Positions 16,173 to 33,474 of a stretch of DNA of 64,000 bases are shown here, piece by piece. This DNA is from the human T2T-CHM13v2.0 reference genome, Homo sapiens: the NCBI RefSeq assembly GCF_009914755.1, contig NC_060927.1; one strand, written 5' to 3'. A program made the position numbers and the translations under genes. Under the pieces are notes generated by a model. That model saw nothing but the letters and a program-made list of their open reading frames with translations. It searched no databases and had not been told where the DNA came from. Numbering within the stretch: the first letter of the stretch is position 1; every line of letters begins with the position of its first letter.

Positions 16173-16932
16173 TGCGGTAGACACACCCTAAGGTTGCCAA
16201 TGATGATTTCTATCTTTTTGTAATCTCCTAGTGAGTGCAGGCAGATCCTGTGACTTGCTTCTAACCAATACAATATGGCAAAAATGATGAGATGCCACTC
16301 TCTATATTACTTTATGTTATACGTCAAAGGGGATGAGATATAAGTCTCATTATTATATTTTGCTATATAAAACGTTTTTTAGGAGACTGGGGAGAAAGTG
16401 TATCTTGCTGGTCTTGAAGGAACAAACTACCATGTTTTATAGAAGGTCCCTATGGAAATGGTCACATGAAAAGGAACTCTGGCAGCTTCTAGAAGAATAA
16501 GAATAAGAATATCAGCAGATTTCTCATCAGAAACTTTGTAGGCCATGAAACAGCAGGCTGATATATTCAGAGTGCTAAAAAGGTAAAAAGCTAGCAACCA
16601 AGAATTCTTTATTTGGCAAAACTGTTCTTTAATACTGAGGAACAGCTGACCAGCTGACTTCCAGGAAGAAAACATGAACCTGATTTCTACAACCACAAAG
16701 AAATAAATTTTACAAACTTCCTGAGGGAGCTTGGAAGCAGAGGATTTCTTCAGTTAAGCCTCAGGTGAGACACAGTTAAATACCTGAATTACAGCTTGGT
16801 GAAACCATGAGCAGAAGATATAGCTAATATGTGCCTAGATTTCTGACTTATGCAAACTAAGATTAAAAATGGGTGCTATTTCAAGCCCCTCAGTTTGTGG
16901 AAATTTGTTACACAGCAATAGAAAACTAACAC
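16173..16932 (+). mobile_element. MaLR LTR, MLT1F/G-like, carrying a 141 bp insert
   Basis: gtgacttgcttctaaccaata.aatatggcaaa near the start; tttgttacacagcaatagaaaactaacac at the end. Confidence 0.85.
16502..16642 (+). repeat. Direct ~141 bp copy of old L1 ORF1 segment 24677-24819
   Basis: About 90% identical by manual alignment, sharing distinctive stretches such as gctagcaacc and ctgttctttaat. Confidence 0.9.
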
Positions 16933-17119
16933 GTTTCTCTAGATCTTTATCTTCCCTCTTTTATTTCTTTGAATTTTAGTAAAAGGTTATTCAATATTAA
17001 ATTCTTGGTATATACACTAATAAAAATTTAATAGAAGTTATATAGTTAATCTAAAATTTTGTTTTATGATTTTTAAACTTTAAAAAGTTTTAGACACTTT
17101 GTTTTACCTAAATGTTAGG

Positions 17120-18556
17120 ATGGGGTGTGGAGTTGCAAGATGGTGAAATAACCAGTCCCAGTCCTCGTTATCTTACAGAGACACCAAAGTAACAATAATA
17201 CATGGGCTAAAGTACTTCTGTGAGAATTCAAGAAATTAGTTAAAAATTTTCAGTACAACAGGTGAGCACAAAGTTGAAAACAGCCACGTTGAAATGTGTA
17301 AAAAAAGCTGTTTTATTATCTCTTTGATTGCCTCTTCCCCAGGCCAGCACAGCTCAGCTCAGCTGGCAACTTCTCCCTTGGAGGAATTTTTTTTTTTAAG
17401 TGGAACATGCATCCAATGTTCCAGCTTTTGGGAGGGATATCCAAAGGACTTGTTTCTGCCTTGCCTAATTCAGAACATTAATGGAATCAGTCTAGTTTGG
17501 ATACCTGAGGAACCCTGAAAATCAGGGATTAAGAGTGGCTTGCTACAGCACCAGCTGGCTTGTGGAGCTGAAAACAGAGACTATCATAAATTGGCACAAT
17601 CAGGAGAAGGCACCCGATTCATGTTTTCTCCCTAATTATAATCAATTTGTCAAATATGAAGACAAAGATGAAAGCAGAAAAAGTGATTTGTCACATACAA
17701 GGGAACTTCTTTGACACAATCAGAAGGTTTTTCAGTGGAAACTGTACAGGCCAGAAGGGAGTGAGATGATATAGTCAAAATACTAAAGTAACAAAAAGAA
17801 ACTACCATCCAAGAATATCACATCACATCTGGCAAAATAATTCTAAAAATTTTTAAAAAAGAAGTTATACTAGATGGCAGAGTAAGAAACACAAGAAATA
17901 TATCTTCTCTCTTAGATAAAAACCGCACTAGCAGAATCAATCTCATGTAACTATTTGGGAACTAGGAAGTCAATTGAAGGCTTGCAACTTTCTGCAGAAA
18001 ACTTGGGTAATAAACTGTTAATTTGGGTCAATTTTAACTCAGCACAGTTGCAGATACTCAGCCACAACCCCTCATTCCTATGGCAGCAAGCGGGGCATGC
18101 TTTTTAGAAGTAGCTTACACACAACTTCTGAGAGCCAGTGTGAGCTAAAGTGATCCTTTTTTCCAAATATTGACAATCAGTGCTGTGATTGCTAATTGCA
18201 GCTTCTGGTGCAAACAGGTGTAGACAAATTTGTCACATTTGTTTTCACAAAGGCATTTTTTCCTTTGTGAAAGGAATTTTCACAAAGGCAAATTCCTCTG
18301 GTTGAAGTGACTTCTAGTGCGTTTAAAAGGCCAGCAGTTTTTCTCTCCCTTCATTTTTTCTCTTTTGAGCATTAGACATTGAAGACTAGGGTATTCAAAA
18401 GCAACTGCATATACATGAAAAATTATATAAAGTCATGGGATGTATGCTCAAATGTGATGAAAGACATAAACATAAACATCCATCAGGATCAAAAAATTCT
18501 AAGTATGATTAACTGAAAAAGACATACACTATGACACATTAAAATCAAACTGTAGA
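17120..18556 (+). mobile_element. Old L1M-class 5'UTR/ORF1 fragments (probably two elements)
   Basis: caagatgg/agatggc 5'UTR-type starts at ~17136 and ~17872; ORF1-like gtcacatacaaggga at ~17690; the ORF1 piece at 18440-18556 resumes at 24608. Confidence 0.7.
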
Positions 18557-19463
18557 GGGGAGGAGCCAAGATGGCCAAATAGGAAAAGCTCCGGTCTACA
18601 GCTCCCAGTGTGAGCGACGCAGAAGATGGGTGATTTCTGCATTGCCATCTGAGGTACCAGGTTCATCTCACTAGGGAGTGCCAGACAGTGGGTGCAGGTC
18701 AGTGGGTGCGCACACCGTGCCTGAGCCGAAGCAGGGCGAGGCATTGCCTCACTTGGGAAGCGCAAGGGGTCAGGGAGTTCCCTTTCCTAGTCAAAGAAAG
18801 GGGTGATGGACAGCACCTGGAAAATCAGGTCACTCCCACCCGAATACTGCGCTTTTCCGATGGGCTTAAAAAACGGTGCACCACGAGATTATATCCTGCA
18901 CCTGGCTCGGAGGGTTCTACGCCCACAGAGTCTCGCTGATTGCTAGGACAGCTGTCTGAGATCAAACTGTAAGGCAGCAGCGAGGCTGGGGGGAGGGGCG
19001 CCCACCATTGCCCAGGCTTGATTAGGTAAACAAAGCAGCCTGGAAGCTCAAACTGGGTGAAGCCCACCACAGCTCAAGGAGGCCTGCCTGCCTCTGTAGG
19101 CTCCACCTCTGGGGGCAGGGCACAGACAAACAGAAAGACAGCAGTAACTTCTGCAGACTTCAATGTCCCTGTCTGACAGCTTTGAAGAGAGTAGTGGTTC
19201 TCCCAGCACGCAGCTGGAGATCTGAGAACGGGCAGACTGCCTCCTCAAGTGGGTCTCTGACCCCTGACCCCTGAGCAGCCTAACTGGGAGGCACCCCCCA
19301 GCAGGGGCACACTGACACCTCACACGGCAGGGTATTCCAACAGATCTGCAGCTGAGGGTCCTGTCTGTTAGAAGGAAAACTAACAAACAGAAAGGACATC
19401 CACACCAAAAACCCATCTGTACATCACCATCATCAAAGACCAAAAGTAGATAAAACCACAAAG

Positions 19464-20480
19464 ATGGGGAAAAAACAGAACAGAAAAACTGGATACTCCA
19501 AAAAGCAGAGCACGTCTCCTCCTCCAAAGGAACGCAGTTCCTCACCAGCAACAGAACAAAGCTGGATGGAGAATGACTTTGACGAGCTGAGAGAAGAAGG
19601 CTTCAGACGATCAAATTACTATGAGCTACCAGAGGACATTCAAATCAAAGGCAAAGAAGTTGAAAACTTTGAAAAAAAATTAGAAGAATGTATAACTAGA
19701 ATAACCAATACAGAGAAGTGCTTAAAGGAGCTGATGGAGCTGAAAACCAAGGCTCGAGAACTACGTGAAAAATGCAGAAGCCTCAGGAGCCGCTGCGATC
19801 AACTGGAAGAAAGGGTATCAGCAATGGAAGATGAAATGAATGAAATGAAGCGAGAAGGGAAGTTTAGAGAAAAAAGAATAAAAAGAAATGAGCAAAGCCT
19901 CCAAGAAATATGGGACTATGTGAAAAGAACAAATCTACGTCTGATTGGTGTACCTGAAAGTGATGGGGAGAATGGAACCAAGTTGGAAAACACTCTGCAG
20001 GATATTGTCCAGGAGAACTTCCCCAATCTAGCAAGGCAGGCCAACTTTCAGATTCAGGAAATACAGAGAACGCCACAAAGATACTCCTCGAGAAGAGCAA
20101 CTCCAAGACACGTAATTGTCAGATTCACCAAAGTTGAAATGAAGGAAAAAATGTTAAGGGCAGCCAGAGAGAAAGGTTGGGTTACCCTCAAAGGGAAGCC
20201 CATCAGAATCACAGCGGATCTCTCAGCAGAAACCCTACAAGCCAGAAGAGAGTGGGGGCCAATATTCAACATCCTCAAAGAAAAGAATTTTCAACCAAGA
20301 ATTTCATATCCAGCCAAACTAAGTTTCATAAGCGAAGGAGAAATAAAATACTTTACAGACAAGCAAATGCTGAGAGATTTTGTCACCACCGGGCCTTCCC
20401 TAAAGAGCTTCTGAAGGAAGTGCTAAATATGGAAAGGAACAACCGGTACCAGCCGCTGCAAAATCATGCCAAAATGGAAA
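19464..20480 (+). pseudogene. L1 ORF1p, nearly intact (316 aa open, C-terminal frameshift)
   Basis: ORF 19464..20414 runs from MGKKQNRK to ...RDFVTT, then shifts frame; the normal C-terminus is in frame 20177..20515. Confidence 0.95.
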
Positions 20481-20542
20481 GACCATCGAGACTAGGAAGA
20501 AACTGCATCAACTAACGAGCAAAATAACCAGCTAACATCATA

Positions 20543-24351
<3,809 letters not shown>

Positions 24352-25431
24352 ATAATGAGATCACATGGACACAGGAAGGGGAATATCACACTCTGGGGAC
24401 TGTTGTGGGGTGGGGAGAGGGGGAGGGATAGCATTGGGAGATATACTTAATGCTAGATGATGAGTTAGTGGGTTCAGCGTGCCAGCATGGCACATGTATA
24501 CATATGTAACTAACCTACACAATGTGCACATGTACCCTAAAACTTAAAGTGTAATAATAAAAAAAAAGAAAAAAAGAAAAATAAAAAAAATAAAATCAAA
24601 CTGTAGAACACCAAAGACACAGATAATACTTTGAAAGTAGCAAAAAAAAGTGATTTGTCACATACAAGGGACCCTCAATAAGAATATCAGCAGATTTCTC
24701 ATCAGAAGTTTTGTAGGCCAAGAAGCAGCTGGCTGATATATTCAAAGTGCTAAAAGAAAAAAAAAAGCTAGCAACCGAGAATTCTTTATTTGGCAAAACT
24801 GTTCTTTAATAATGAGGAAGAAATCATGACATTCCCAGATAAACACAAGCTGAGGGTGTGTAGAGCTTCCTTGCAAGAAATCTTTAAGTGAATCTTTCAG
24901 GTGACATTAAAGGATGCTACACAGCAACTGAAAGCCATATAAAAATATAAAGCTATCAGCAAAGACAAATACACTGGGAATTATGAAAGCTAGTATTATT
25001 GTAAATTTGGTGTGTGACTCCACATTTTATTTTCTACATAACTTAATAAATTAATGCATTAAAATTATGCATTTTTGGATACACAGTGTGTAAATAAGTA
25101 ATTTTATGACACAAACTACTAAAAATGGTAAGATGAAGCTGTTAAAAGGGCAGAATTTTTTACATGATTGAAATTAAACTATTATAAATTTGAATTAACA
25201 TATTCTAACTTTGAGATATGTAATCTCCATTGCAATCGCAAAGAAAGTAGATAAAGAATACACAAAAGAGGAAATTAGAAAAGAATTTAACATTTCACTG
25301 CAAAAAGTCAACTAAACACAAAAGAAGATAGTCATATAGGAAACTATGACAAAAAAAGTAAAAAAGCCTACTGAAAACAAATAGCAAAATGACAGAAGTA
25401 ACTCCCTCCTTATCAGTCATTACTTTAAATG

Positions 25432-25598
25432 TGTTATACTCTGAATGTGTTTCTCCAACATTTGTATTTGGAAGCCCTAAGCCCCAGTGTGATAATATTT
25501 GGAGGCTGGGGGTTTGGTAGGTAATTGAGTTGAAATGAGACATTGAATCTAAAGTCCTAATTATTGGATTAGTTCTCTTATAAGAAGAAACCAGAGTG

Positions 25599-25643
<45 letters not shown>

Positions 25644-25825
25644 CTGTGAAGACACAATAAGAAGTTGGTCAATTTCAAACCAACAGGAGGGCCCTCATCA
25701 GAAACTGAATCAACCAGCATCTTAGTCTTGAATTTCCAGCCTCCAGAACTATCAGAAATACATGTCTGTTATTTAGCTGCCTGATCTATGATATTTTGTT
25801 ATAGCATCCTGAGTAAACTAAAACA
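25432..25825 (+). mobile_element. MaLR LTR, MLT1A-like
   Basis: tgttat..ctgaatgtgt start, ccagcctccagaact, ttttgttatagca..ctaaaaca end; inserted at the start of the L1M ORF2. Confidence 0.88.
25602..25640. repeat. (TC)n microsatellite
   Basis: About 19 uninterrupted TC units. Confidence 0.95.
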
Positions 25826-26760
25826 AATATAAATGGATTAACCTCTTCAATCTAAAGACACAAATTGGCATAATAGATTAAAAACACATGATCCAACTAA
25901 AGGCTATCTAGAAGAAACTCACTTTAGATCAAAAGACACACATGGATTAAAAGTGAAGGGATGTAATAAAATATTTAATGCAAAAATAAGCAAAACAGTC
26001 TTGGGGTGGCTATATCAGTATTAGACAAAATCACAAAAGTTTACAAGAGACAAAGTAGTACATTATATATTAATTAAATGTTTTATACAGCAAGAAAATT
26101 GAACAATTATACATATTTGAAAAATAATAAGCACTTTGAGTTTACTATAAAGTTATTAATAGAGTTGAATCAGTAATAAAATAATCTCTTGACAATAAAA
26201 AAAGCCCTTGACCTGATGGGTTCACTGGTGATTTCTACCAAATATTTGAAGAATAGCTAACACCAGTGCTTCTCCAGCTTTTCCAAAAAAAATTGAGGCA
26301 GAGAGAACACTTCCTATCTCAATCTATGAACACTACCCTAATAGCAATGTAAGTCAAGCAAGACACTATGAGAAAACTGAAGACTAATATTTCTTACAGA
26401 TATTGAGGCAAAAATCCTCAAAAATTACTAGTAAGCCAAATTCAGCAGCATGGTAAAAGAATTATATGCTATTACCAAGTGATATTTATTTCTGGAATGT
26501 AAATATGGTTCAACATATAAAATTAGATTAACATAAAACACCACATTAACCAAACGAAGGAAAAGAAAATTTATAGCAATCTCCATTCATACACAAAAAG
26601 CATTTAATAAAAACAAACACTATTTCAGCATGCAAACACTCAACATATTAGAAATGGAAAGAAACAATTTTAACATAATAAAACTCATATATGTAAACTC
26701 CACAGTAAACATCATACTCAATAGTAAAAGACTAAAAATAAGGAAAAGAACAAGAAAATA

Positions 26761-27065
26761 AGCCAGGCGCGGTGGCTCATGCCTGTAATCCCAAAACTTT
26801 GGGAGGCCAAAGAGAGTGAATAACCAGAGGTCGGGAGTTAGAGACCAGCCTGACCAACGTGGAGAAACCCCGTCTCTAATGAAAATACAAAATAAGCTGG
26901 GCATGGTGGTGCATGCCTCTAATCCCATCTACTCGGGAGGCGGAGGCAGGAAAATCGCTTTAACTCAGGAGACAGAAGCTGAGGTGAGCCTAGATCACGC
27001 CATTGCACTCTAGCCTGGGCAACAAGAGCAAAACTTCATCTTAAAAAAATAAGTAAATAAATAAA
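26761..27065 (+). mobile_element. AluSp SINE
   Basis: Sp diagnostics tcgggag, ctgaccaac.tggagaaaccc, cattgcact and aacaagagc; TSD core CAAGAAAAT. Confidence 0.92.
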
Positions 27066-27713
27066 GCAAGAAAATGATAACCCTTTTTACATGCTTTTAT
27101 TCAACATAGCACTGGAAGTCTAAGATCAGTGCAGCAAGAAAAAAGATATGAAAGACATCTAAATCAGAAATAAAAAAGTAAAATTATCCATTTTCACATG
27201 ATGATCTTATATATGGGAAATCTAAAAAATACACATATGCAAAAGCTGTTAGAACTAATCAATAAATTCAGCAAAATAGCAGGATAAAAAGAAAACACAC
27301 AAAAGTCAGCTGCATTTTTATATGCTAACAAAAATCTAAAAAGTAATTTAAGAAAACAATTTCATTTACACTAGAATCAAAAAGAATAAGATACTAGGAA
27401 TTAACCAAGGAAGCAAAAGACTCATGAAATAAAAATTTCAAAATATTTCTAAAAGAAATTTAAAAACGCACAAAAATAGAAAGACATCTAATGCTTAAGG
27501 ATTGGAAGACAATATTATTAAGATATAAATACTACTCAAAGCAATCTATTGTTATTAAGACGCAAATGCTACTTAATCTATAGTTTTAATTCAATATTAT
27601 GAAAATCTCAACGACCTTTTTGAAAAAATAGAAAATCCACCCTCAAATTCAAAACAATTTTGAAAAAGGAATAGCAAAGCTGAAGGACTCACACTTCTAG
27701 GTTTTAAGACTTA

Positions 27714-27746
27714 TGTACCCTAGAACTTAAAGTATAATAATAAAAA
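27714..27746 (+). mobile_element. Extremely 5'-truncated L1PA 3' end (~33 bp)
   Basis: tgtaccctagaacttaaagtataataataaaaa flanked by TSD AAGACTTA at 27706-27713 and 27747-27754. Confidence 0.85.
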
Positions 27747-28770
27747 AAGACTTACCACAAAGCTATAGTAAGCAAAATAGTGAAGTACTGGCATAAAGAC
27801 AGATATATTGACCAACAGAATAGAACAAACTGTTAAGAAATAAACCCTCACATATGAGGTCAAATGATTTTCAATAACAATACAAAGACCACTCAACAGG
27901 GAAAAGATAATCTTTTATAGTATACGGTGCTGGGAAAACTGGATATGCACATGCAAAAGAATGAAGTTGGAATTTTACCTAACATTGTATACAGAAATTA
28001 ATGCAAAATGTATTCATAACCTAAATGTAGGAACTAAAACTATAAAACTATTAAAAGAAAATATAGCACAAAAGCTTCACAGCATTGGATTTGGCAGTGG
28101 CATATTGGATATGACACCAGAAGCAAAGGCAACACAGGAAAAATAGACAAATTGGACATCATAAAAACTTTTTAAAAATTGTAAAAAAAAACATTGTCAA
28201 TGAAGTAAAAAGGCAAACCACAGAGCTGAAAAAAATTGCAACATCCCTGTTGCTGCAAAGAATATGATTTCACTCTTTTTTGTGCTTGTGTAGTATTCCA
28301 TAGTATATATGTACAGCATTTTCTTTACCAATCCACTGTTGATGGGCATCTAAGTTGACTTCATGTGTTTGCTTTTGTAAATAGTGCCATGATGTACATA
28401 ACAGTGCATATGCTTTTTTGTAGAATAATTTATTTTCCTTTGAGTATATACCCAGTAACAGAATTCCTGTGTCTAATGGTAGTTCTGTTTTAAGTTATTT
28501 GAAAAATATCCAAACTGCTTTTCACAGTGGTTGAACTAATTTACATTTCTACCAAGAATATATAAGCATTCCCTTTTCTACACAGCCTCTTCAGCATCTA
28601 TTTTTTGTCTTTTTAGTAATACCATTCTGACTGGTATGAGATGGTGTTGATTTACGGTTTAGATTTGACTTCCTCTGATGATTAGTGATATTGAGCATTT
28701 TTTTTCCATGTTTGTGGGTCACTTGTATGTCTTCTTTTGAAAAGTTTCTATTTGTATCCTTTCCCACTTT

Positions 28771-30034
28771 TTTTAACTTTTATTTTAGGTTTAGGGTTTC
28801 ATGTGAAGTTTTGTTGCATAGATAAACATGTGTTACAGGGGTTTGTTGTACATATTATTTCATCACCCAGGTATTAAACCCAGTACTCAATAGTTATCTT
28901 TTCTGCTCCACTTCTTCTTCCCAGTCTCCCCCCTCAAGTAGACCACAGTGTCTGTTGTTTCCTTCTTTGCATTCATAAGTTCTTGTCATTTAGCTCTCAC
29001 TTATAAGTGAGAACATGTAATATTTGGTTTTCTTTTCCTGCTTTAGTTTTCTAAGGAAAATAGCCTCCAGCTCCATCCATGTTCCCCCAAAAGACATGAT
29101 CTCATTCTTTTTTATGGCTTCACAGTATTCCATGGTGTGTGTGTACCACATTTTATTTATCCGACCTGTCATTGATGGGCATTTAGGTTGATTCCATGTC
29201 TTTGCTATTATGAATAGGGCTGCAATGAACATACATGTGCATGTGTCTTTACGGTAGAATGATTTATGTTTCTCTGGATATGTATCCCGTAATGGGATTG
29301 GTGTGTTGAATGGTAGTTCTGTCTTGAAGTCTTTGAGGCATCACCATAATGCTTTCAATGATGGTTGAACTAATTTACATACCCATCAACAGTGTGTGTG
29401 TTCCCTTTTCTCCACAACTTTATCAGTATCTGTTATTTATTCACTTTTTAATAGTAGCCATTCTGATTGGTGTGAGATGATATCTCATTGTGATTTTGAT
29501 TTGCATTTCTCTAATGATCAGTGATACTGAGCTTTTTTTGTATGCTTGTTGGCTGCATGTATGTCTTCTTTTGAAAATTGTCTGTTCATGTCCTTTGCCC
29601 ACTTTTTAATGGTGTTACTTGTTCTTTATCTTGTTAATTTTTTAAGTCCTTATAGATGCTGGCTAGTAGACCTTCACCAGATGCATAATTTGTAAAATTT
29701 TTCCCATTCTGTATGTGGTCTGTTTACCCTTTTGATAGTTTATTTTGCTGTGCAGAAGCTCTTAAATTTAATTAGGTCCCACTTGTCAATTTTTGCTTTT
29801 TGGGGGATTGATTTTGGTGTGCTTGTCATTAAATGTTTGCTCATTCCTGTGTCCAGGATGGTGTTGCCTTGGTCATCTTCCAGAGTTTCTATACTTTTGG
29901 ATTTTACATTTAAGTCTTTAATCCATCTTAAGTTTGTATAAGGAAAGGGTCCAGCTTCAATCTTCAGCATACAGCTAGCCTGTTATCCCAGCACCATTTA
30001 TTGAATATGGAGTCTTTTCCCATTGTTTCTTTTT
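28771..30034 (-). mobile_element. 5'-truncated L1PA15/16-like element nested in the older L1
   Basis: A new 3' end ttaacttttattttagg at ~28771; ORFs 28990 and 29740; degenerate TSD tccttt(g)ccca(c/t)ttttt on both sides. Confidence 0.85.
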
Positions 30035-31633
30035 GTCCTTTGCCCATTTTTTAAATAGTGTTATTCATTTTTTCTTGTTGAGTTGATTAAGTTACTTATA
30101 GATTCTGGATATTAGACATTTGTCAAATGCATAGTTGGCAAATATTTTTACCCATTCCGTACACTGTCTGTTTAATCTGTTGATAGTTTATTCTTTTGTG
30201 CTAAAGTTCTTTAGTTTCTTTTGCTGTGCAGATGCTCTTTAGTTTAATTAGGTTCCACTTATTAATTTTTGTTTTTGTTGCAATTACTTCTGAGGACTTA
30301 GTCATCAATTATTTGCCAAAGCCAATGAACAGAATGGTATTTCCTAGGTTTTCTTATAGGATTTTTAGTTAGAGATTTTACGTTTAAACCTTTACTCCAT
30401 CTTCAGTTAATTTTTTTGTATGGTGAAAAGTAGGGGTCCAGTTTTATTCTTCTGCGTACAGCTAGCCAGTTGTCTCAGAACCAATTATTGAATAGGGAGT
30501 CCTTTCCACACTTATTGTTTTTATCAGCTTTGTCAAAGATCAGATGGTTGTAAGTGTGCGACTTTATTTCTGGGTTCTCCATTCTGCCCTATTGGTGTAT
30601 GTCTGTTTTTCTACCAGTACCATGCTGTTTTGGTTATTGTAGTCTTATGATATTGGGTGTATGTATAATGTGACACTTCTAGCTTTCCTATTTTTGCTTA
30701 GGATTGTGTTGGGTATTTGAGCTGTTTTTTGGTTCCATATGAATTTTAGAATAGCTTTTCTAATTCAGTGGAAAATGACATTGGTAGTTTGGTAAGAACT
30801 GTAGATTGCTTTGGGCAGTATGGCTACTTTAACAATATTGATTCTTGCCATTCATGAGCATGGAAAGTTTTTCAATTTGTTTGTGTCATCGATGATTTTT
30901 TTCAGCAGATTTTTATAGTTCTCCTTATAGAGATCTTTCACTTCCTATGTTAGATGTATTCCTAAGTGTTTTATTTTTGTGTGTTTGTGGCTATTGTAAA
31001 TAGTACTGTATTCTTGGCTTGGCACTCAGCTTGAACATTACTGTTGTATAGAAATGCTGCTGATTTTTGCACATTGAATTTGTTTCTTAAAGTTTTACTG
31101 AAGTCATTTATCAGATATGGGAGCCTTTTGGTGGAGTCTTTATTGCTTTCTAGATATATAATAATATTGTCAGCATACAGAAATAATTTGACTTATTTTT
31201 CTATTTAGGTACATTTTATTACTTTCTATTGCCTGATTGTTCTGGCTCAGACTTCCAGTACTGTGTTGAAAAAGAGTAGTGAGAGTGGACACACTTATCT
31301 TGTTCCTTTTCTTAAAGGGAATGCTTCCAGTTTTTGCCCATTCAGTATGATGTTGGCTGTGGGTTTGTCATGAATGACACATTATTTCCAGGCATGTTCC
31401 TTCAATGTCTAGATTGTTCAGGGTTTTATCATGAAGGGATGTTGAATTTCAACAAAAAACTTTCTCTATTTATTGATTTGCACATGTAGAACCAAACTTG
31501 CATCCCAGGAATATAGCCTACCTGATCATGATGAGTTTACTTTTGATGTGCTGCTGGATTCAGTTTGCTAATATTTTGTTGATAATATTTTGATCTGTTT
31601 ATTAGAAATATTGACCTGCAGTTTCCTATTTTT

Positions 31634-31634
<1 letters not shown>

Positions 31635-31666
<32 letters not shown>
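31635..31666. repeat. (TTG)n microsatellite
   Basis: About 10 TTG units. Confidence 0.92.
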
Positions 31667-31667
<1 letters not shown>

Positions 31668-32420
31668 GCCAGATTTTGGTACCAGAGTGATGCTCACTTC
31701 ACAGAATGAGTTAAGGAGGAGTCCGTCCTCCTAGAGTTTTTGAAATAGTATCAGTAGATTTAGCACCATCTCTTCTCTGTACATCTGATAGTATTCAGCT
31801 GTTAATCCATCTGGTCCAGGGCTTTTTTCAGTTTGTAGGTTTTTATGACAGATTCAATTTCAGAATTCAATACTGGTCTGTTCAGAGTTTCAATTTCTTC
31901 CTGATTCAATCTTGGGAAGTTGTGTATTTCCAGGATTTATCATTTCCTCTAGATTTTCTAGTTTGTATTTACAGAAATGTTCATAATAGTCTGAGAATCT
32001 TTTGTATCTGTGGGATTAGATGTAACATCACCCTTGTCAGCTCTGCTTATTATTTTTCTCTTTGTTAATCTAGATAGAAATCTGTCTGATTTTTAGTTAT
32101 TTTTTTTCTTCTGCCAGCTTTTGGTTCCTCTAGGTGTGATGTTAGATTGTAAATTTAAGATCTTTCTAACCTCTGGGTATAGGCATTTACAGCTATAAAC
32201 TTTCCTCTTAACACTGTTTTTGCTGCATCCTAGAGATTTTGGTATGTTGTGTTTCTGTTTTTATTTATTTCCATTAAAAAATCTGCTTTAATTTATTTTT
32301 TTACTTAGTAATTCAGAAACAAGTTGTCTAATTTCCACATAATTGTTTGGTTTTGAGAGATTTTCTTTGTATTGATTTCTATTTTTATGCCACAGTGGTC
32401 TGAGAGTATCATTGGTATGA

Positions 32421-33474
32421 TGTTGCAGGAAGTCAGGGACCCCAGATGGAGGGACCGGCTGGAATCGCGGCAGAAGAACATAAATTGTGAAGATTTCATG
32501 GACATTTATCAGTTCCCAAAATTAATATTTTTATAATTTCTTACACCTGTCTTTACTGCAATTGCTGAACATAAATTGTGAAGATTTCATGGACATTTAT
32601 CACTTTCCTAATAATACTTTTATAATTTCTTATGCCTGTCTCTACTTTAATCTCTTAACCCCGTTATCTTCATAAGCTGAGAATGTACGTCACCTAAGGA
32701 CCACTATTGTACAAATTGATTGTAGAACACGTGTGTTTGAACAATATGAAATCAGTGCACCTTGAAAAAGAACAGAATAACAGCGATTTTCAGGGAACAA
32801 GGGAAGATAACCATAAGGTCTGATTGCCTGCAGGGTCAGGCAGAATAGAGCCATATTTTTCTTCTTGCAGAGAGCCTACAAATGGATGTGCAAGTAAGAG
32901 AGATATCACTGAATTCTTTTCCCAGCAAGGAATACCCTGGGGAAGGAATGCATTCCTGGGGGGAGGTCTATAAATGGCCGCTCTGGGAGTGTCTGTCTTA
33001 TGCAGTTGAGATAAGTACTGAGATATGCTCTGGTCTCCTGCAGTCCCCTCAGGCTTACTAGAATTGGGAAATTCCACCCAGGTAAATTTTGGTCAGACTG
33101 TTCTCTGCTCTCAAACCCTCTTTTTTCTGTTAAGATGTTTATCAAGACAATATGTGCACAGTGGGACATAGACCCTCATCAGTAATTCTAATTTTGCCTT
33201 TGTCTTGTGATCTTTATTGCCCTTTGAAGTATGTGATCTTTGTGACCTAATCCCTTTTTGTACACCCCCTCCCCTTTTAAAATCCCTAATAAAAACTTGC
33301 TGGTTTTGTGGCTCAAGGGACATCACAGACCTACCAATATGTGATGTTACCCCAGGAGGCCCAGCTGTAAAATTCCTCTCTTCGTACTCTTTCTCTTTAT
33401 TTCTCAGACTGGCTGACACTTAGGAAAAATAGAAAGAACCTACATTGAAATATTGGGGGCTGGTTCCCCCAATA
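32421..33474 (+). mobile_element. MER11 solo LTR (HERV-K11/HML-8)
   Basis: TGTTGCAGGAAGTCAGGGACCCC start, ggttcccccaata end; perfect 6-bp TSD GTATGA; internal duplicated aacataaattgtgaagatttcatggacatttatc block. Confidence 0.95.

Larger units (their letters stand above)
24608..28240 (+). mobile_element. Old L1M-class element (ORF1 end, inter-ORF, deleted ORF2), continuing 18440-18556
   Basis: Degenerate ORF2-like sequence (e.g. ORF 27961, tgctgggaaaactggata); interrupted by MLT1A, AluSp and a mini-L1. Confidence 0.85.

Noticed and set aside
18825-19070. Antisense L1 ORF0
   Set aside because: An extra G in the G-run puts the normal ATG out of frame and there is an early stop; the copy-1 ORF0 also has an in-frame stop (only 8740..8922 remains).
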